Source: an uncultured Gammaproteobacteria bacterium (GTDB taxonomy: Bacteria; Pseudomonadota; Gammaproteobacteria; UBA9214). From it: a DNA stretch of 64,000 nt. Numbering within the stretch: the first letter of the stretch is position 1; each line of letters opens with the position of its first letter. Positions 60,390-64,000 of this stretch are shown here, piece by piece. The notes under the pieces were generated by a model that saw only the letters and a program-made list of their open reading frames with translations, was not told the origin of the DNA and did no database searches. Position numbers and translations under genes: made by a program. The stretch is taken from positions 188,967-252,966 of the forward strand of contig CAVYZN010000011.1 in the NCBI GenBank assembly GCA_963773065.1. The letters are read 5' to 3'.

Positions 60390-61591
60390 AGTTCGGCATC
60401 GACCGCCTGCTGCAACAGCCCGCGCTGCGGGAGTCCCTGAAGGGGCGCCGTGTGGCCCTGCTGGCCCATCCTGCCTCGGTGACAGACGATCTCACCCATT
60501 CCCTGGACGCCTTGGCATGGCTGCCCGACATCCGGCTCACCGCCGCCTTCGGTCCCCAGCACGGCCTGCGCGGGGACAAGCAGGACAACATGAGGGAGTC
60601 GCCGGACTTCAACGACCCGGTGCTGGGCATCCCGGTGTTCAGCCTGTACGGCAAGGTACGCCGGCCCACGCCGGCGATGATGGACAGCTTCGACGTGCTG
60701 CTGGTGGACCTGCAGGACCTGGGCTGCCGCATCTACACCTTCATTACCACCCTGCGTTATGTGCTGGAGGCGGCGGCACAGTTCAAGAAGCGGGTGGTGG
60801 TGCTGGACCGGCCCAACCCGGCGGGACGCCCGGTGGAGGGGCTGACCCTGCGCCCGGGTTGGGAGAGCTTCGTGGGCGCGGGCCCACTGCCCATGCGCCA
60901 CGGCCTGACCCTGGGCGAACTCGCCTTGTGGTTCGCGCGTACCCTGAACCTGGACGTGGAATGCGAGGTGGTGACTCTGGAGGGTTGGGCGCCCGGGTCC
61001 GGGCCGGGTTACGGCTGGCCCCTGGGCGAGCGCACCTGGGTCAACCCCAGCCCCAACGCGCCTAATCTTTGGATGGCCCGCTGCTATGCCGGCACGGTCA
61101 TGCTGGAGGGTACGACCCTGTCCGAGGGGCGCGGCACCACCCGGCCCCTGGAGCTGTTCGGGGCACCGGACCTGGACCCCCGCAAGCTCCTGGCGGAGAT
61201 GCGGCGCCTCGCGCCCCACTGGCTGCAGGGCTGCCGGCTGCGGGAGTGCTGGTTCGAGCCCACCTTCCACAAGCACGCGGGAACGCTGTGCGCCGGGGTG
61301 CAGATCCACGTCGAGGACGGGGCCTACGACCCTGGGGCATTCCGTCCCTGGCGGCTGATGGCCCTGGCCTTCAAGGCGCTGCGCCGGCAGCGGCCGGACT
61401 ACGCCCTGTGGAGGGACTTTCCTTACGAGTACGAAGTCGACCGCCTGGCCATCGACCTGATCAATGGCGGCGGGCTGTTGCGCCAGTGGGTGGACGACCC
61501 CGACGCCACGCCAGACGACCTGGACGCCCTGGCCGGGACGGACGAGTCGGCATGGATAGCGGAGCGGGAAGCGGTGCTGCTGTATCGGTGA
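60386..61591 (+). CDS. DUF1343 family protein (exo-beta-N-acetylmuramidase NamZ-like)
   Basis: 401-aa ORF: RVALLAHPASVT...AFGPQHGLRGDKQDNM....D...GIPVFSLYG....PT..M...FDVLLVDLQDLGCRIYTFITTL is the DUF1343 signature region. Confidence 0.82.
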   Translation: MKFGIDRLLQQPALRESLKGRRVALLAHPASVTDDLTHSLDALAWLPDIRLTAAFGPQHGLRGDKQDNMRESPDFNDPVLGIPVFSLYGKVRRPTPAMMDSFDVLLVDLQDLGCRIYTFITTLRYVLEAAAQFKKRVVVLDRPNPAGRPVEGLTLRPGWESFVGAGPLPMRHGLTLGELALWFARTLNLDVECEVVTLEGWAPGSGPGYGWPLGERTWVNPSPNAPNLWMARCYAGTVMLEGTTLSEGRGTTRPLELFGAPDLDPRKLLAEMRRLAPHWLQGCRLRECWFEPTFHKHAGTLCAGVQIHVEDGAYDPGAFRPWRLMALAFKALRRQRPDYALWRDFPYEYEVDRLAIDLINGGGLLRQWVDDPDATPDDLDALAGTDESAWIAEREAVLLYR

Positions 61592-61784
61592 GGCTGTTGC
61601 GGAAGTTCTATGTGTCTCCCGAAAAATCGGGTCAAGACCACAACTTCAATCTCAAGACCTCTTTGATCTTACGCAAGGATAACCTCAGTGCTGGCATTTG
61701 ACCCTTCCTTAATCAGCGGGAAAATGGGCCCGAATAGCGAACGGATCATCCCACGTCGGGATCGCACCGAACCCCCCTCAGGGG

Positions 61785-61853
61785 GTGGCAGCATTGCCGT
61801 GGAACAGGTGGCAGCTTTGTCGTGGAATCAGTGGCAGGATTGGTCTGGAATAC
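61785..61853 (+). repeat. three contiguous 23-bp direct repeats
   Basis: GTGGCAGCATTGCCGTGGAACAG / GTGGCAGCTTTGTCGTGGAATCA / GTGGCAGGATTGGTCTGGAATAC, head to tail, in the intergenic region 3' of the DUF1343 gene. Confidence 0.9.
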
Positions 61854-61916
61854 GCAAGCTGGTCGTACAGTTGTAATTTTATAGGTAAATTCAACCTATT
61901 GAATACAGATTATATT

Positions 61917-63605
61917 TAGTGTCCGTCCATAAACGGACGAATTTCAACCCAGCGCGCAACGCAATTTCACGATTGAGCCAACGCGGCCTGATCCGATCGT
62001 GCCGGTCGGGTTAAAAATGCGCTTTTTTTACCAAGACGGCCGCTGATCTGCCTACGGCACACAGCAGCAACCCTGAGCAGCTGACTCATCACACTAACCC
62101 AACCTTGGCGCGGCTTCAGGCCGGTTTTAAACGCGCCAGCAGCGCCAGATTATGCGCTACCACCGAAGACCAGACACGAATGACTTGAAATGCACCAGTC
62201 CCTTCCAGGTGCAGCGCGAGAGCCCATACGCGCGCTTCAGACACGAGATGCCCGCCTCGATGCCGGCGCGAAAGTTACGTAACTGCCGATACACCCAGGT
62301 ACTCCTCACCATCGCTTCAATTGGCAAGCCGCGCTTCTTATGGAACGCCACATCCTCGACGCCGCATCCCTTGGCCTTCTCAAGATTATCCTTGCTGGCA
62401 TAACCGCCATCCACGGCCAGTTGTTTCGGCGCGCGGCCATACTGGTTGCTATGGCGCTCCAGCAGGGGCAGTAACCGCTCGCTGTCGGCGGGGTTGCCCT
62501 CTTCAACGACCACATCAAGAATCAGCCCGATTTTTCCCGAACTGAGATTGAGCTTGTGTCCGTACTGGATGTCCCGACTGCCCTTGATAATGATATCGGT
62601 GTGGGGCTCAAACAGACTGAAGAGCTTCTCACCGGCCGGCACGCGCTCCCCCTGGAATACCCGGCGCTCCGCCTGATCAATCACCCGCTTGATCAAGGGC
62701 AGATAATGCGCCACCTCGGCCTGCCAGGCTTCCCCTTGCAGCGTCGCGCTCCCGGTGACGGTTAAGATCATCCTGGCCTGCTCAAGATACCCCAAGGTGT
62801 GCGTCGTGACCTTGATCAAGTCCCGATACAGCGCGTCCTTCTTGTCCTTACCCCGTGTATAGAGGATGGCGCGTGCCCGCTGCTTCGCGCGCCGGCGAGG
62901 GTTGCGAAATTCAATCCCCGGCGTACCCGGCAGCGACTGGGCCGCCTCCAGCAGGCGCACCATGATCCGCACACTGTCCCATAACAGCGTGCTGTCGCTG
63001 GGTGCATGGATGTCCGTTTCGGTGACGGTACTGTCAATGCGCACTTTGTTACCCGACTCGACCTTCTCGTGCTGGGCCTCCCGCAGCAACCCGTGATTGA
63101 TCCGCTCCCAGGTCGCGGGCTGAATGCGGCTGATCGTCTGTTGCAACACCGATTTCTTGGGAAACAGGCTCCCCGGCAGGCGCGCAAACGCCTGAAAGGA
63201 GGCCGAGTCCGACACATGAAACGCCAGTTCCTGATAACTCAGTTGCCGGTATTGCTTGAGCAGCGCACACCGCAGTACCGACTCCGCCGGCAAACCCTGG
63301 CGGCCCGTGTCATAGACATCGTTGCGATGTAAATCCAGCGCCACCCACTCCAGCAGCTCGCGATGCCGGTCGAGTCGCTCCGACATGGCTTTCAGTCCCT
63401 TGCCAATGTCGTGATTTGAAAACCGATCGAATAGACTCACTTGGTCAGTGCGCGTTTTACGCATTGTCACCTCCGGTGGTTTTTGTGTTTCCTTTGTTTT
63501 CAGTCGCTTGAAAAAATGGATGGCAAAAATCACCAGAACTTTATCACTAAACACGCCGCTTTTCTTATTCCTTTTCATCGCGTTAACGTTTATGGACGGA
63601 CACTA
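61917..63605 (-). mobile_element. IS5/ISNCY-like insertion sequence
   Basis: Perfect 19-bp terminal IRs TAGTGTCCGTCCATAAACG (61917-61935) and its complement at 63587-63605. The flanks carry TTAG/CTAG-type tetranucleotides. Confidence 0.85.
62116..63464 (-). pseudogene. DDE transposase (IS5/ISNCY-like), frameshift near the 3' end
   Basis: Start MRKTRTDQVSLFDRF at 63464 (GGAGGTG SD). ...IDSTVTETDIHAPSDS..., ...LAVDGGYAS..., ...RAGIEAGISCLKRAYGLSRCTWKG. The expected C-terminus ...VWSSVVAHNLALLARLKPA is in another frame (2 extra nt near 62185). Confidence 0.8.
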
Positions 63606-63667
63606 GTTAGAGTCCCCGAGGGGATCCGTAAATTCTCCGCCTTTAGGTGGCGGATGATACTTGGCTG

Positions 63668-63826
63668 ATGCAAGAATATAAGCGTGGCAGTCTTACGGTC
63701 TGGGATTGCAAGTACCACTTGGTATGGACGACGAAATACCGTTATCAGGTACTGGGAGGAGAAGTTGGGCAGCGATGCCAAGAGTTGTTACGAGAGATTG
63801 CGATGAGCAAGGAGATGATTATCTAA
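63668..63826 (+). pseudogene. IS200/IS605-family TnpA (Y1 transposase), truncated by a premature stop
   Basis: MQEYKRGSLTVWDCKYHLVWTTKYRYQVLGGEVGQRCQELLREIAMSKEMII then TAA. Two small hairpins (TCCCCGAGGGGA; CCGCC-TTTAGGT-GGCGG) lie upstream, as at IS200 left ends. Downstream sequence does not continue TnpA. Confidence 0.8.
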
Positions 63827-63829
63827 GCG

Positions 63830-64000
63830 GGTTCAACGATACGCTGGTTCCACGTTGCGCGAAGTTGGGACCTGGTATCAGTATCAAACACGATCACAGC
63901 CACAAGGCCAATCGGCCCACCTTTCTGAACAGCCAGTGCTGGGTCACGCTGGCACTGGTCGTGCGCGTCAGGCTGGGCTCGGCGCTGACGATACCGATCC
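63830..64000 (+). pseudogene. unrelated transposase-like fragment running to the window edge
   Basis: One frame reads ...ISIKHDHSHKANRPTFLNSQCWVTLALVVRVRLGSALTIPI, resembling IS701/IS4-type transposase segments. Too short to assign. Confidence 0.3.

Noticed and set aside
61785-61853. The 23-bp repeats as a mini CRISPR array.
   Set aside because: The repeats are directly contiguous with no spacers, they diverge from each other, and no cas genes or leader are nearby.

Overview
GC-rich chromosome segment with gammaproteobacterial-type synteny (the taxon call is inference from gene order). It has three parts.

(1) 1-20.7 kb is a conserved housekeeping block: adk (partial), a GGDEF protein, thioredoxins, nfeD/SPFH, xerD, dsbC, fdxA, mutS, pncC-thpR-recA-recX-alaS-lysC-csrA, tRNA-Ser(GCU) and tRNA-Arg(ACG).

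(2) From the 3' end of tRNA-Arg (20.67 kb) to about 59.8 kb lies a roughly 39-kb accessory island.
- It opens with a tyrosine integrase and a decayed SPI-7/PFGI-1-type ICE maintenance module.
- That module's ~3.96-kb unit (S24 repressor, Cro/YdaS-like, ParB-like, DUF2857, STY4528-like) is present as two diverged tandem copies. The junction lies inside a palindromic hairpin.
- An IS graveyard follows. Several elements are nested and have exact target-site duplications: IS3 containing an IS21-like element containing IS1182; an IS481-like element containing an IS1634-like element; an intact IS4/Tn5-like element whose transposase carries a DUF4338 extension; and an ISL3.
- A few cargo genes sit among the IS debris: a visibly lower-GC cassette (helical protein, papain-like peptidase fused to a Ser-hydrolase domain, tandem-CBM21 protein), vapBC, a CMD protein, a SnoaL/alpha-beta-hydrolase fusion, a multiply frameshifted MmeI-like type IIL R-M gene, an IS-split unknown gene, and a DUF4160/DUF2442 pair.

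(3) 59.8-61.6 kb looks core-like again (hypothetical protein plus a DUF1343/NamZ-like gene), followed by an IS5/ISNCY-like element and an IS200-like remnant.

No rRNA genes and no CRISPR array were seen.

Indel-type reading-frame breaks occur in both island and core genes. From the sequence alone I cannot separate true pseudogenes from assembly errors.

The most unusual items are the peptidase/hydrolase plus CBM21 cassette, the complementary-decay tandem duplication with its palindrome and iteron-like repeats, and the in-phase A AAA AAA heptamer in the ISL3 transposase.
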